Positions 40,251-53,652 of a stretch of DNA of 64,000 bases are shown here, in pieces. This DNA is from Lytechinus pictus (Eukaryota): the NCBI RefSeq assembly GCF_037042905.1, contig NC_087245.1, forward strand, positions 12,836,001 to 12,900,000, written 5' to 3'. The translations under genes and the position numbers were made by a program. Position 1 is the first letter of the stretch. Each line of letters opens with the position of its first letter. Under the pieces are notes generated by a model. That model was not told where the DNA came from and ran no database searches. It saw nothing but the letters and a program-made list of their open reading frames with translations.

Positions 40251-43200
40251 ATGGCCAACCAAACTGTTGTAGGTATGCTACACATATTTCACCACATTTC
40301 CAAACATGTTCCTAGCAGCCTCGCTTGCACAGCAGATTGATACATTGTCTGAATTACTTGTGAGTTGAGAAATCATGGCCGAGAATGATCAACGGGTATG
40401 TAAATGTTATTTACATGACGAACCAAAAAATAAGCATTAATGATATTCTTATTCATGTTAAAGTCGTATTTTTTTATCATGTGTTGCAGGCCCAATGTTA
40501 ATTATCTATACTTGGCTTAATGTGTGACGTGTGATAGTATTTGGCACAGACCTACAATCCTACATTGATTTCCGTGATATTCGTACAAACATGACTAATG
40601 TCAGAATTTTGTATAGATCTTCAATTTTGAATTTTGAAATTGAATTACAAATGATCTCTCCCCTGTCTCTACTAGGAAGAGGGGAGGAGTGGAGGGAAGG
40701 GAAGAAAGATCCAAATAGATTTAGAGAGTGTAGGAGCGAGAAAAGAGAGAGAGGGTCGGAGTGAGAGAAGGGGAGCCAAAGAGGGGAGCAGTGCGCGGGG
40801 AGGGGGGGGGGGAATGATGGTAATGATGAGCGCTCTGGAAGTGAAGAAAACTGAAGTATGCCAATAATTATGGAGAGAAGGGTATAGGAGGCACGGTCAT
40901 GATTATGGTCGGGATGCAGAAATAGGCGAGAGAGAGAAATAGATATATAGACGATGGAGAAGAGGATAGGGCCTATTACAGACATGATACAGTTAGGAGG
41001 GGTACTACGGGCTAAAAATAATTATGTCTAAATAAATAGATTAAAATCGAGCAAAATGCTTAAAATTTCATCAAAAATGAAGTCGTTTAATTTTAAAGTT
41101 AAGCAATATTTTTGTGAAAACAGTCATGCCTATTCATTAAGTGGGCTGATGGTGTCATATCCACACTTTCCATTTTGTATGTTATTACATGGAATCATAT
41201 CATTTTTTCATACATGTTTGAACGATTTGTCTCTCTTATACTCAAATAAGTTGCAGCAATGAATATTTGATGCATTGAATCAGTTGTCAATAATGTTTTC
41301 TGTTCTTGGTGGAAAAACATAAATAAAAATAAAAGAACAAGTAGGGATATGACTATCAGATTGCTAAATGAATATTTATAAAGTTTGAACTGTTTCAACG
41401 AAATAGTGCAGATCTTTAAAATATCATAACTTTGTCATAAGTGTATAATTTTGATCAAAATTGTTTTCTTTATTTGTTAAACATATGTTCAGCCTGGAGC
41501 AAAACACAATTTGACGAGAGTTTCAGAAAGAGAACGAGAGACGAGCGGGCGGGGGGGGGGGGGGGTGCAAAGATGAATTCAGACAATAAATCATCATTTA
41601 GTGGAACAAGGTGATTCTGAAAATGAATTTTACTTCAAACATATGCCCATGAAGACACAGATTCATATACGTGAACACAAAGTTGGCCAATTTCTTCGTA
41701 ATTTCGTGCACCAGTACATTTTTAAGGGGTTCACTTCAAGTTGTCAAAAATGTTGTTCTAGTCGACGAAAAAGGTTGACACTAGACTGTATTGAGGTTTG
41801 TCGATTTGATAAGTAAGCAAAAAAATAAAAATAAATAAATAATATGGATAGATAAAGATATCTAATAAAGGCTTTCAAGTCCAAAAATGGTTGACATTTA
41901 GGCGCAGGAAAGGAGGGGGGGGTTCTCTTTTGTACGTCATTGCTAGTCTAAAAAAGTGATTTTATTTTTTGATACAGCCACAATCAATTTCTTATTGTGA
42001 TTCAAATTTCACTATTCTTTTTTTTAAATATAATTCTCCTCATTTCCTGCCAATCATATCATCCAGATTACTCCCCTGCGGAAACATAGGGTGCATGCAC
42101 AATGATCATGGTGCTTTTTGTAAACAAAAACGTTCAGACAACATACCATTATGATGCATTTTCTAATAATAATCTTGTCGTACATTTGCGTATAAATAAT
42201 TAAATCAAATTAAAGGGGCACTCCAGGCAGAACATAAAAATAAAGATAAAGAAAAATCAGACAAACACCTGCCCCCCCCCCCCCTCCGCCTCAAGTTTCA
42301 ATTAACCTCTGCTGGGAATTTGGAAACTCCCAGTTTTATAAAGACACACATTATGTGTGTCATACAAACAGATGGCCAGACAAATTGAATCAATACCATA
42401 TATGATTCTTCAAAAATACAAATGATTTAATTTTGATATGAAAGAATGACAAGGCCGCCCTTTTTTCACCTGAGGTGACACAGAAAGGACTTTGTTATGC
42501 TCAGAGATTAATTAGGTTTACTTTATGCCAAAATATAAACTTGCGGTCTATTTGCATTTATGAATACAAATAATAAGACCATACAGAACTGATATATAAC
42601 AATGTGTTTTTTTTGGGGGGGGGGTGGGTCGGGGAGAATGACAGCAGTTGGTAGGTTTATATCAATCAATCTTATAATTGCTCTTTTATTTTTTTTTTAT
42701 GTTTATACACATGCTTAGGCATATCAAAACAGAAGAAGAAGAATCTAGTTCTGCAGCCTATGATGAAGTTCATGTTTTTAAGAGATTAAAGGAGAACATT
42801 TCTATTATTTTTAATCATTATAGACACATCGCATCGGTAGAGAGCGGATAAAATATCTGACAGATGGCCAGGTTAGTGATATTTTACTTCAGCAGATATG
42901 CACTTTTCTTTTTCTTATCGATGGTGCATCCAGGTTTGATAAAATAGTAATGGGTTCATTTGAATTTAGACGATTTCTTTAGAATTTTTACAAGCAAAAA
43001 ATAGGAGGTAGAAAAGATGGCTGGCCCCAATAATTGAAAAACAAAAGAGGAGAGCTTCATATTTATGAGTAGAAAAGATAGAAACAATGGCCCGCATTCA
43101 CCAATTAAGGTGGATTCGAAAATTCATTGAATCTGCAGAATCCACCTTTGTGAATCCAGGTCATTGGGGTTTGATCATATTAATCTTAATGTTGATCATC

Positions 43201-46200
43201 CTGTTAAAATATCTCGTTATGCTTAAAGATAAAACACAAAGAAAAACAATTAGCACACAAATCGCAGACACTGTACGAAAGTGTGTTCTCAAAACATAAA
43301 TCCATTCTAAACTTATTTTCGAGGTTTAAACATTCATTGAAACGTTATACATCTGCTGTTTCGTCACTCTCATATTTAATTTGGCTTAATGTTAAATTTA
43401 CTGCAGCCGGATCAGAACAAGATACGGTCAATATGTCGGGCAATCTCGACAGAATGTAACTACACCAGGGTAGACTTCAATGTCCGTGATAACGGAACGA
43501 CTGAGTTCTTTGTCAGGGGAGCCGACGATAAGATGGAGCTTGCTCTTAGGTTAATACATCTGAGACTAAAAGGAAGAGTGAGTATTAAAAGACTGCCAAT
43601 CGTGTTTCCATGGAAATTATTTTGATAAAGAATTTTAAGCAATTGTGTCTATCATCCAGAAGTAGAATAGAGATTTATGACCCATTGATTTAACATAACT
43701 GATATGTAAATTACTCTCAGTGTTTTACTATTGTAAAATAATTGTCCCTGGACCGAAATAAGGAATTTGATGGGACATGAATTTGCCGATCTCCGGGCCT
43801 ATATTTTGATGTTTTTTAAACTTCACTCTAAAAATATATTGGGTAAAAATGCTTCATGAGGGTAATTATGTGTCCAACCAACATTGGACATTTCTTTTGG
43901 GCATTTTTATTTATCCATTTTAATGAATATTTTGCCCATTCTAAAGTAATTGCTGCTTATTTTTTTTAACCTTACTGGACAATATGCTTCCCGCATTGGG
44001 TAAAACACTGCCCCAAATTGGTTGGACACATAATTAACCTCGTGCTGGTTAAAATTTTACCCAATGTGTTTTACAGTGTTGTATCAGTTTTAAAGAAGAC
44101 TGAAAATACAATGTCTAGTGGTTAAAATAAACATGTCCATAGCTTTGAATATCAAGAGACAACACTGGGGAACTATTTCATGAAAGCTGTCAGCACCATA
44201 AAATCCAACAATCAGTGCAGTACTTCGATTAGATACAATCATGTGCTCCTTCCTCTTCAGCCAATCACAACCATAAGTTGCCAATCGAAAAAAATGTTGG
44301 GGGAAATGCTCCCAAAGCTTATTAAAAAATTCCCTTGTTTCCATGTTCAAGAAATTATATATAGGCGAACGGATGAATTGAAGTTTGTCTTAGTTTCAAA
44401 ATGAGTAAATATATTATCTGGCAGGATGGCGGACAGCCCCCTCCCGAGGTAGTACCATTAACTGTAGAGAATATCAGGAGACACAACAGGAATCTAACAG
44501 AAAGAAGACAGTTCGTATGTGGAGCTTGCCCGAAGATTTGGTTTAAAAAAGTGTTCAGCTACAAACCTGTTTCACGGTAAGAAATAATCGTCTTTGTTCA
44601 ATATAATACGGCATAATTTCCAAATACGCTAAATTCAAATTAGTACTTTTAATTATAGGGCAAAAAGCAGGCCCCTATATAGATTAGAACTTGTACGAAA
44701 TATCGGATCAGGGGGAGGGGGATAGATGGGGGTCCACCCCTGGATTACACGACAATTAATGAATGTGGTGATTATGGGGGAACAAAGAAGTGCCCCGGAT
44801 TGTAGTTAACCTTTTGATAATTTTCTCTCTCTCTCTCTTTGTTTTTTTTTGCTTGTCAATGATTGAATGAAAAATGTAATTTTGAAATATGTTATTGCCT
44901 GTCATTTTTTTTTAGATTTAAGTAATTTCTAGCCCTATTTTTTTCTCAAAAAGTCAAATTGCATCAAACGATTCTCTGCCCCAATCTTCCCAATCAATAA
45001 TTATAATTATTAACTTGGGGTAAGGGTTCATATTAGACTTAATAATGAACATTTTCTACATTCTAGTTGCCATTATTTGATTGGGATCATTTATCAGTAG
45101 GTCCCAATTAGTTTGTCAGAGCCTTGTCGATGCATATGAATATTTTGCATAGCGAACGTATCCACCTTGTTAGGTGCTCAAGGCGCTCCTATATTCTAGT
45201 CTACCGATTCCGGTGCTCACAGTTCACAGCTTTTTGAGGAATTACTTCATACCGGTAATCTTTTACCTTACCTGGGTTGAGTGCAGCACAATGTTGGTAG
45301 ATTGCTTGCTCATATTACCACATTTACCAAGCATTATCTATTTTTTTTCAGGTGTGCTCAATGTCATGTCCGTTATGATCCTATTCCTCGTGGTAGTGAA
45401 TTTGGACATGGTTACTACAGGTGTGGACATTGTGGAAATGAATTTACAGGACGGGCTACTGCAGGAGTTCCAGCACCTTGTTTCGTTTGTGGAAGAATGG
45501 TAAGATATTTTAATAACCAAACACTTTTACGAAGATACGTTGCTAGCACTGTCATTTCGGCGAAACTGACCCCCCGACCAATCAAATATAATTATTGGGG
45601 CTTTTCCTGTAGCATAACAGTGAAATGATTGTAATCTTTGTATCCTGCTTTCATCCGGGGTTTTAATCAATACCTTCTCTTTTCGCTTTTCATCAAAATG
45701 TACACCTGCTCTTCAAACGAAAGTAAATCAAACAATGACGAAAAGGAGAATATCGCGGCAACACCAGAAAAGGACATGGCCGTACGCAGACGTGTTTTCG
45801 GGGGAGGGGGGGCCAAGACACCTACATTTTTAAAAACTAATCTTGAAAGTAAGGGAGCTAAGCGACCGAGATTTTCATGGGGGCATTTTTGCATTTGATA
45901 AAGAGAAATTAAAAAATGTAAGTTTTAAAATTTTCGGGGGGGGGGGACTTTCCCCTACACCCCCCCCCCCCTGCGCTGCGTACGGCCATGGAAATGATAT
46001 TGTTTATGTTTTTGCATTTTTCTTGATATCGGCAGTGTTTGCCCTTGAGAATCGGACCGAAGCCCGAGAGGAATCGACCGCAGGGTGGTGGTCGTCATGC
46101 CTGTGAGATGTGTGATAACGGTAGGATCCGACCATGTCCATCTTTCAATCAATTCCCTGTCGTGAGCCAGCGCCATGAAAGCACCGGGTCAACAGTATCT

Positions 46201-46281
46201 ACCTTTCTCACACAAGCCTCAGAACTTTCCATCGATTTCGTAAAGGGTCAGGAAACTGTTGATGAAACACTCCCAATGTAA
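40251..46281 (+). CDS. SHFL: Shiftless antiviral inhibitor of ribosomal frameshifting homolog (SHFL/C19orf66/RyDEN family) with a KH-like N-terminus, about 260 aa
   Basis: Exons 40251-40268 (tentative), 42824-42871, 43407-43577, 44425-44576, 45352-45499, 46036-46281 with compatible phases. The segment LTVENIRR...RQFVCGACPKIWFKKVFSYKPVSRCAQCHVRYDPIP...CGHCGNEFTGRATAGVPAPCFVCG...VSQRHESTGSTVSTFLTQ parallels human SHFL as recalled ([36 protein letters not shown]...HISSGSTVATCLSQ). The last four exons are solid; the first exon is uncertain. Confidence 0.85.
40996..41505. mobile_element. Diverged copy of the TTAA-type element at 61514-62128
   Basis: Shared blocks GGGGTACT, GCAAAATGCT.AAAATTTCATCAAAA, AGTTGCAGCAATGAATAT and CAGCC.GGAGCA. 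Confidence 0.65.
43824..44078. mobile_element. CACT...AGTG MITE (CMC/EnSpm-like)
   Basis: CACTCTAAAAATATATTGGGTAAAA / TTTTACCCAATGTGTTTTACAGTG; TT on both sides. Confidence 0.7.
45775..45990. mobile_element. MITE in the last SHFL intron
   Basis: TIR CATGGCCGTACGCAG / CTGCGTACGGCCATG. Confidence 0.7.
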
Positions 46282-46978
46282 TGCCCACGTCCCTCCGATT
46301 CCTAAAAAAAAATGCATCGTCCCCTAAATTTTCTGAAAAATGTGTCCGTGTTTTTTGTTTTGTTTGCTTGTTTTTTTTCTTGCAGTACAAGCCTCATCTT
46401 CTCTCTATACATTTTTTTTGAAGCAATGGCGTCGGTTTTGAAGAAAATTGGCTCACTTCCTGTTATGTTCCTTCTGGATAATGAAGTCTTACTTGGATAT
46501 AGCGATATTCATGATTAATTTGCAACATGTTATACAATTACTTTGAAACATGAAATACCTATTAAGTTCATATTTTCCGAAATTCTATATTTCGAGTTTA
46601 TCACTACACCCCATGACTATACCCCAGTATTCGACGCAGAATAATATTAGACTACATAGACTAAGAAATGAAATAAAAATTAGTATGTGCTTTGAATAAG
46701 AGTAAGTATACAATGTCCCATTTACATTCCCATTCGTTGATTATTTGGCAAATGAAGTTCGTTTGTTTTGCGGTCTTTTGGTCTGAATCTTTCAAATGTT
46801 ACCGTAAATTCGGTTTAAATGGGAGGTTGATACTGCCCTATTTTATTGTTTAACTGCCATATTTATGACAAGTAAGGGTACATGATTGTGAATTACAGCG
46901 ATGTTACCATTTCAACATTATGTGTGGGCCCTACATTTTTTTTATTATTATCATCATAAATCATTAATAAAGTACATA

Positions 46979-48045
46979 CACTCGGCAAAAAAAGTTCTTG
47001 GACACTAAGAAAAGTTAAAATATTCCATATAGATATATTTGATGAAAGGCAAATTATTGTATGTCATCATGACCAGACAATATACCTCTTCCAGTATGAC
47101 ACGACATTTTCATGTGAACGGTCATGCATGGGTGGTTAAATGCTTTAAACAATAGTAATGTCAGTAAAAGAAAATTGCAAGAAATGGATCAGTCAGTGCA
47201 TGGCTGGTTACAGGCATTAAACAATAGCAATGTCAGTAAAAGAAAATTGCAATAAAACGATCAGTCATTCTTTCAGTTGTGAAAGTTTATGTGGCATAAA
47301 TATCCATTAAATGATAAAAGCAAATTTAAAGTCAAATACCACTCTTATAAGAGAAGAGAAGTTATCCACCTTGGATGCATCACTATTCCACTGGAATTTT
47401 AAGTCAAAGTTAGTCGATGACTGAAAAAAATGTCAAATTTCAGTATCTTGGCATAAGCAAAATAAAATTCAATATCTCGTTTGTCCACCCTGGCTCTGAC
47501 TGAGTGTACCACATCGACGTCGCATGCTTGTCACATGTCGGCGAATTTGCACTGGGGTGATGTTGTCCCATTCTTCCAGGAGATAACGCCGGACACCTTG
47601 AAGAGTGTCTCCTGGTTGAATTCTTTGATTGACCGATTTTCCTAGCTGATCCCACAAGTGTTCAAATGGGTTCATGTCTGGTGATCGAACAAGCGGGTCA
47701 TGGATCCAAGCGCTGAACATTGTGGTCATCCAGAAATCTTTGGACAATGTTCGCTCGATGGGGACAACCCCCTGTCAGCCTGTTGAAATCGTTGAATGTA
47801 TGCCTACAGGATGGCCATGATCATAGCATTTGAATGGTCCATTTCTTGCAATTTTCTTTTACTGACATTTCTATTGTTTAAGGCATTTAACCACCCATGC
47901 ATGACTGTGAACATGCAAATGTCATGTCATACTGGAAGAGGAATATTGTCTGGTCATGTTGACATACAATAATTTGCCTTTAATCGAATATCTATATGAA
48001 ATATTTTACGTTTTCTAAGTGTCCAAGAACTTTTTTTGCCGAGTG
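46979..48045 (-). mobile_element. Internally deleted Tc1-like transposon with long (about 200 bp) TIRs
   Basis: TA TSD; TIR CACTCGGCAAAAAAAGTTCTTGGACACT; residual transposase fragment inside. Confidence 0.9.
47469..47700 (-). pseudogene. Tc1 transposase C-terminal remnant
   Basis: SPDMNPFEHLWDQL (third catalytic residue region), EEWDNI and SMRRRC...GGQTRY are typical of Tc1 C-termini. Confidence 0.85.
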
Positions 48046-48626
48046 TATATAGTTTCTATTACCATATTCTTCGTTGTTGACGTATAATTATTTCTGATTT
48101 TGTGGTTTAGGTTTGGGTGGGCCTTTGTAATTTGGTTTTGAAGATTTCAGAGCTTTTTGAAGTGACAAAAATTGATGCATTCGATTTTTTCTAGATTTTC
48201 AGTGAACCGCTTCCTTCACTTTTGTGTTTCTTGGACAACCTTTATCTTTGAGCAGATGGACTTTCCATTTTATTATTTTGCCACCCAATATATTGATTCT
48301 ATTTGAACGCAAGTTCCGTTTCATAAAAATTGTTTTTAATAACTAACGTATAGAATCAGTGGCTTACTCGTAAACTCAGCGTCCAAAACATTCACTTGAG
48401 CTGCACCCCTTTCTCAACATCTAACCCCGGGGGCCAGCCCTGAAATTTTATCCCTCCAATATTTCGGTACCCATAACTTCAATCTGTCGTTGTCCATTAT
48501 GATTATTTGTTTTTTTGTTTTTTCTCTTTCTCTCTTTTTTGTACGTCTTTCTTTGTTTTCTTTTTTTTCTCCTCCATTTCCCCGTTTTACGCCCTTTCAG
48601 ACTGGTAGTTGGCGCACGTGCCCCTT

Positions 48627-48745
48627 AAGGGGCTTTCACAATTGCTCGTACGATCGTTCGCGATCATTTGGTCACAATATACATGATGTTGCACAGAATC
48701 GCAACGGCTGTAAGCGGTCGCACCACCAATTGTGAAAGGGGCTTT
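48627..48745. mobile_element. Small Harbinger-like MITE
   Basis: GGGCTTTCACAATTG ... CAATTGTGAAAGGGGC inverted ends. Confidence 0.55.
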
Positions 48746-49270
48746 AGTTAGATACTGGCTTCAATTTTGCTTTCTATCAATTACCCGACATCATTCCGTA
48801 GTTAATAAAGTAGCAAGTAAAAAAGTGGTATAGTTCATCATTTCATATGCGTTTGCAAAACTACAGAACGTAGATTATTCTAATAGTAGTTTAGAAGATA
48901 TTTTATAAACAGTAATATTTCAAAGGAGATAGTTTATGATAGTAAAGCGAGACCTTTGTCAGCATTCATGTTCTATACAACTATGGTACATGTATATTCT
49001 TTATTGTTTTCATGGTGGCATTTTGGGTAAAATGGTCGAAATATTTGATGTTTGTGACTATTTAATAATTATCGTAAGTTTGCCTAATTTTTGAGGAAAT
49101 AAAATGTTCAAACTATCATCAGATAAAAATTTGTTTGTGTTTTGTTTAGTAACGAAAAAAAAATGAAGGCATGTAACAAAAATATTTGTTCACAGATGAC
49201 ACTTAAAATGTCTAAGACCCCGGGGTCTAGAAAAGGATACACATGGTAATCTTTCACACATTCTCCCTTG

Positions 49271-49479
49271 GTCCAGATTGGACCTTGTTGTTTGGAAGTG
49301 CCCTTTCCCAAAGCTAACACAGAGGGCACATATCTCCCAATCTTTAATCAGCGCCAATCTCTCATCTTCCCTGGGGAGGGAAGATGAGTGGATTGGCGCT
49401 GATTAGAGATTGGGAGATATGTGCCCTCTGTGTTAGCTTTGGGAAAGGGCACTTCCAAACAACAAGGTCCAATCTGGAC
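49271..49479. repeat. Near-perfect 209-bp palindrome (arms about 102 bp, loop about 4 nt)
   Basis: GTCCAGATTGGACC...CATCTTCCCT-GGGG-AGGGAAGATG...GGTCCAATCTGGAC; about 2-3 differences between arms by eye. Confidence 0.92.
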
Positions 49480-50850
49480 TACTTCTCCCTTTTCCCCACC
49501 CCCATGCCCATGGAATACTTCATTGAATCCTCCCCTCCTCCTCTCCTTTTCGATTCACCAGCGGTTCATTGTAACGAATTATTTCATTATCTTTATTTCT
49601 TTGTATTTTTTTTATTCATTAATTTTTTCTCAACATATTTTGATCTTTGCATCTTTCTCCTCACACTTTCTATTGACCCTATCCCGTTCCTACACTAACT
49701 GTGCGTGGTATTGACAATGGCCCAAAGACAAAACATTTTTTAAGTTAAGTTCATTTAAGTTCATTTTATTTGTCTTCCAACTTTGAGTTTGAATACATGA
49801 CAAACATATAAGTGTGTATGAAACAATGAGCAGAGTACATGATAAAACATACAGGTTTTGCCTGTAACAGAGTATGCAAAAAAAAACATTGTTTTTTAAA
49901 TACATTATACAGCTTAAGACAGAAAAGAAATAATTTTAAAGGAAGACGAGGAGACCTAAGTGAAGCAATGCTTGTAAATTAAGGTTCCTCATTATGAATT
50001 CAAAGAACATTGGATAAACAACAAATAAATGGCAATATAATATAATATGATAACTAAAGAGAGAGGAGGGGAGACAAATAAAACTATGAAATAAGTTTTA
50101 TATAAATATTATTTAAAAGCATTGGTGAGTTCTGATAAAGGATAGCCCGTCCTCACATGAGAAGTGGTTTTATATTGTGGCGTACAGATGGGGGCTTGGG
50201 GGCTCTTGCCCCCCACAAAAAATGTCACGACCAAGAAAAAAAAGAGAAAAGGAAATAGCGAAGGGTAAAATGTGATCTTTTTTCTTTTTTTTACTATATT
50301 ATGTCAAAATCTATCACAAAATGTTATTTTTGTATTAAAAAATGTATAAAAAAAAATGCTCGCTCGCTTCACTCTGACTTTTTTTACACAATAAATTTTA
50401 CCAGATACGCCATAAATCGCCCCTTTCAGTATATTTGGCGCATTACACCACTGGTTTCATAAAAAAAAAAATTTATATATAGATAATTTATGTTGATCTG
50501 GCACCCGATTAAATGAATTTTTAAGCAAAATTGCAAATTTAGCCAGTAAAAAGCATATTCTCCACATTTGAACGGTTTTGAGACGTAATAATACAATTGT
50601 TCTGTGCCCCATTCGACCAGGGTTGAATGGGAAACTTCTTTTGATTAATAAAAATGAAAACAAATTAATAATCTAGCAATGGAATAGGGGGGGGGGTTAC
50701 CAAAGCTAAAAATAAGTTTAATTTATAATTAATTTCAATAAAGTAAAATAAAATTCAACAAACAACACAAAACACAATCAGAATCTTTCAGTCTATTTCA
50801 AAGAAGGCTCTTAACCTCTCTTTATTTTTCGATTAAAGATAAGTGGTATT

Positions 50851-51933
50851 CAGTCAGTCCGCAAGCCCTGAAAAAGTAGCTCCTTTTATCCAAGTGATAT
50901 TCATGACTAGAGGGTTTTTGCATAGTTAATGAGCTTGGTGCGAACCAAAACACCTCTTTTTATTCGGCCATTGCTGCTCTAAATATTGACAAAATTTCAT
51001 GTTTTTTGGTATCTTTGTAAAGAAGAAGAATCATTCTTTTAGGTCATGTGTTTGGATTTTTAAAAGAGTGTTGTAATATAGGAAAAACTTTTGATCTAAA
51101 ACATGAAACAAAATATTTTTTTTATGCAACAAAAGTTGTTGTTTTCACACTTAATTTCTGTTTGGGCACAAATGATTTTTAGATCATGATAAAGCTGAAG
51201 ATCTAAGCTTTAATATGATATAATTTTTATAAGAAGATGTATTTTAGATGGGTCAGCAGCCAGCTTTTCATAGGCCAAGTACATTTTGCAGCTCAAAAAC
51301 AAGAATACTGCGCTCTGATTGGTCATAGAGACCAGTAGACAACACACCCACGCAAATTCCAATGTTCCCCTCACTGGGCCTCTGCAAGGTCACACTCACC
51401 ATGTGGTAATCTCTTCAAAATACCCGCGCCTGTTTGTTTTGAAAACAGTATTCAGCCAATCAGAACTCTGGATTTTATGTTACTCAGAAATTTCAGAAAT
51501 CTCGTCTTGCATCTTGATGGACAAAGCTGGCTGCTGACCCATCTAAAAGATGCCACATATCAAGAGTGACATTGTAAGAAAGTATAGAGTTTGAGCTTTC
51601 TGATGATATAAATAATGTTGGTGCCTAAAACACAAAATGTTGCACAATTTGCAAGTGAAAACAGAGGAAGAAAATTCTGTTTGATGCATCTTTTCAGGTA
51701 AAAAATTCACTTATTTATCAAAATATTTCATTCAAAAGAAATGACTAATATAAAAGAGTAACATTTACTCTTGCCCATGGTACAAAAATAATCAATATTA
51801 CGCAAGGAGAAAGTGGTTAAATTCTTTGAGAAAGAAAGTCTCACAATTCACGAGGGACATGAATTCAGCCACGAGAGGACTTGGATAAATCTCGCTCATT
51901 TGCTCATTAACACAGGGGCTTGCGGACTGACTG
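50851..51933. mobile_element. Non-autonomous Tc1/mariner-like element
   Basis: TIR CAGTCAGTCCGCAAGCCC / GGGCTTGCGGACTGACTG with TA on the right; internal inverted repeat 51242-51268 / 51523-51548. Confidence 0.78.
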
Positions 51934-53194
51934 TATTGTAAGATCTTTTTTTAATAACATACAGTAGCAGAAAGATAAGATATTATTTCTTTCAATGGAT
52001 GGAGAGGAAATGCTTTCAGGAAGTGAGACTGTGAATCCAGTCAATGCACGTCATTACGCTCTAAACCGTCAGAATTTCGTTTGTTTTCATTTCGTTAAAA
52101 ACCCGGTCTTAAACTTTGGTTAAGATTCAATAAAGTGAATACGATTGGATATTGATTCTCAAATTTCAATCAATGTGTATTCAGTGCGTGATATCTTCTT
52201 TTTCATTAATTAAATCTTCGTTAAATGCACTCGTAATGTAGTCACTATACAAGCACTGTAAGTGCTAAATTAGCAGTTCATTTTTTTTACAGTGTGGTTA
52301 TCTTGCTAGTCTCTACGTGATAAAATCCATTTTGCCCTTTTATTCGTTTTTCTTTTTATCGTAAGGCTATGTTTGGTATTGCATAGAAATTATTTCTTCA
52401 TTGCTGTTATATAATCATTTTATCAATAATCAAATTTTTAAAAAGAGTGCATTGACAGTTTTGTCCCATTCCATCCTTGAGAATCGTTTTATATTAAAAC
52501 GAAAACAATTTTTACCCTAGAAAGTTAGTTTTTAGATTACATATTGTTTTTGTACAAAACATCAGTTTAATTTATTTACTTTTTCCACAACATCCACTGC
52601 ATATTGGTTATACTCTTTCTATTGGTCATTATATTGATCTGTTTATGCATTGATTGTTCTTTTTATTGTTCATATATATTGTATTTTGTATATCGTACCT
52701 TTTTAATGGATGTGAATAAAGTGAATTGAATCTTAATTGACAAAAAATTCCATACCCTATAAGTATGTCATATATATCGGCTTATACCCCTATTTTATAA
52801 TATTTTTGTATACTGATATTCATCTATAGCGACTATAAAACGTTTTATGCGCAGGTAAAAAAATAACACTCATACAGAACATATTCAAAATATGCAATAG
52901 TTTTGCAGTAGTAAGAGTAAAATAGCTAAATAGATTCATTTTATTGTTTCATAGAAAATGTGCTTCTTATACATGGAAATCGGAAAAGTTACCCTTTTTC
53001 TTCAATATATCCCAGCTACGTTATGTTTTGAGGCTTTTAGTATCTCACATTCTTACACACACCTTGAAATACGTTTTGGGGGCATCTTTCAGTCTTCAAA
53101 CTAATGAAAATTTGCTTGCTCGCTTCACTCTCTCGCATACTGATATACATGGTCACCCCAAAAGTTATCAGTAGCTTATATTACCAAAACCCAT

Positions 53195-53525
53195 CTTTTA
53201 GAACAAAGATTACACTAGGTGCTGCACCCAAACTCTGGAATAGTCTCCCTTCCTCAATAAGAAAAGCATTATCTATTACCTTGTTCAAAACTAAACTAAA
53301 AACCTACCTTTTCAAGAGAGTTTAGTATATAAGTCACTTTTTGTTATATTATTCATAGAGACAGTATAGGCTTCTCTTTTGAATTATAACTTAATCGTTG
53401 CGTTGTGTATTTATCTTGTTAACTATTTTACCTTTTGAATATTGTAATGCGCAGCAGTTGAATATATATATATATATATATATAAATTGCGCAATATAAA
53501 TGTACTATTATTATTTTTATTATAA
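53195..53525 (+). mobile_element. 5'-truncated L2/CR1-type LINE 3' end
   Basis: AAPKLWNSLPSSIR...FKTKLKTYLF is the typical end of L2/CR1 ORF2; followed by a 3'UTR with a GCGC hairpin and (TAT)n tail. Confidence 0.75.
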
Positions 53526-53652
53526 AAAACATTAAAAGGGCCATCGAAAAAACAAGAAAATTTGCATTAACTGTCATCACCAAAGGTTATAAATGGTAAT
53601 ATTATGTATCCCCGTAAATCCAAGCTATATGGGGAAGTCACACATTGATATC

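Noticed and set aside
40560..40985. 141-aa minus-strand ORF
   Set aside because: Arises from purine-rich low-complexity sequence in an SHFL intron; no recognisable domain.
42719..42851. Alternative longer SHFL exon starting at 42719, or start at ATGGCCAG (42864)
   Set aside because: All frames from 42719 hit stops before the donor at 42872, and the ATG at 42864 is out of phase with exon 43407.
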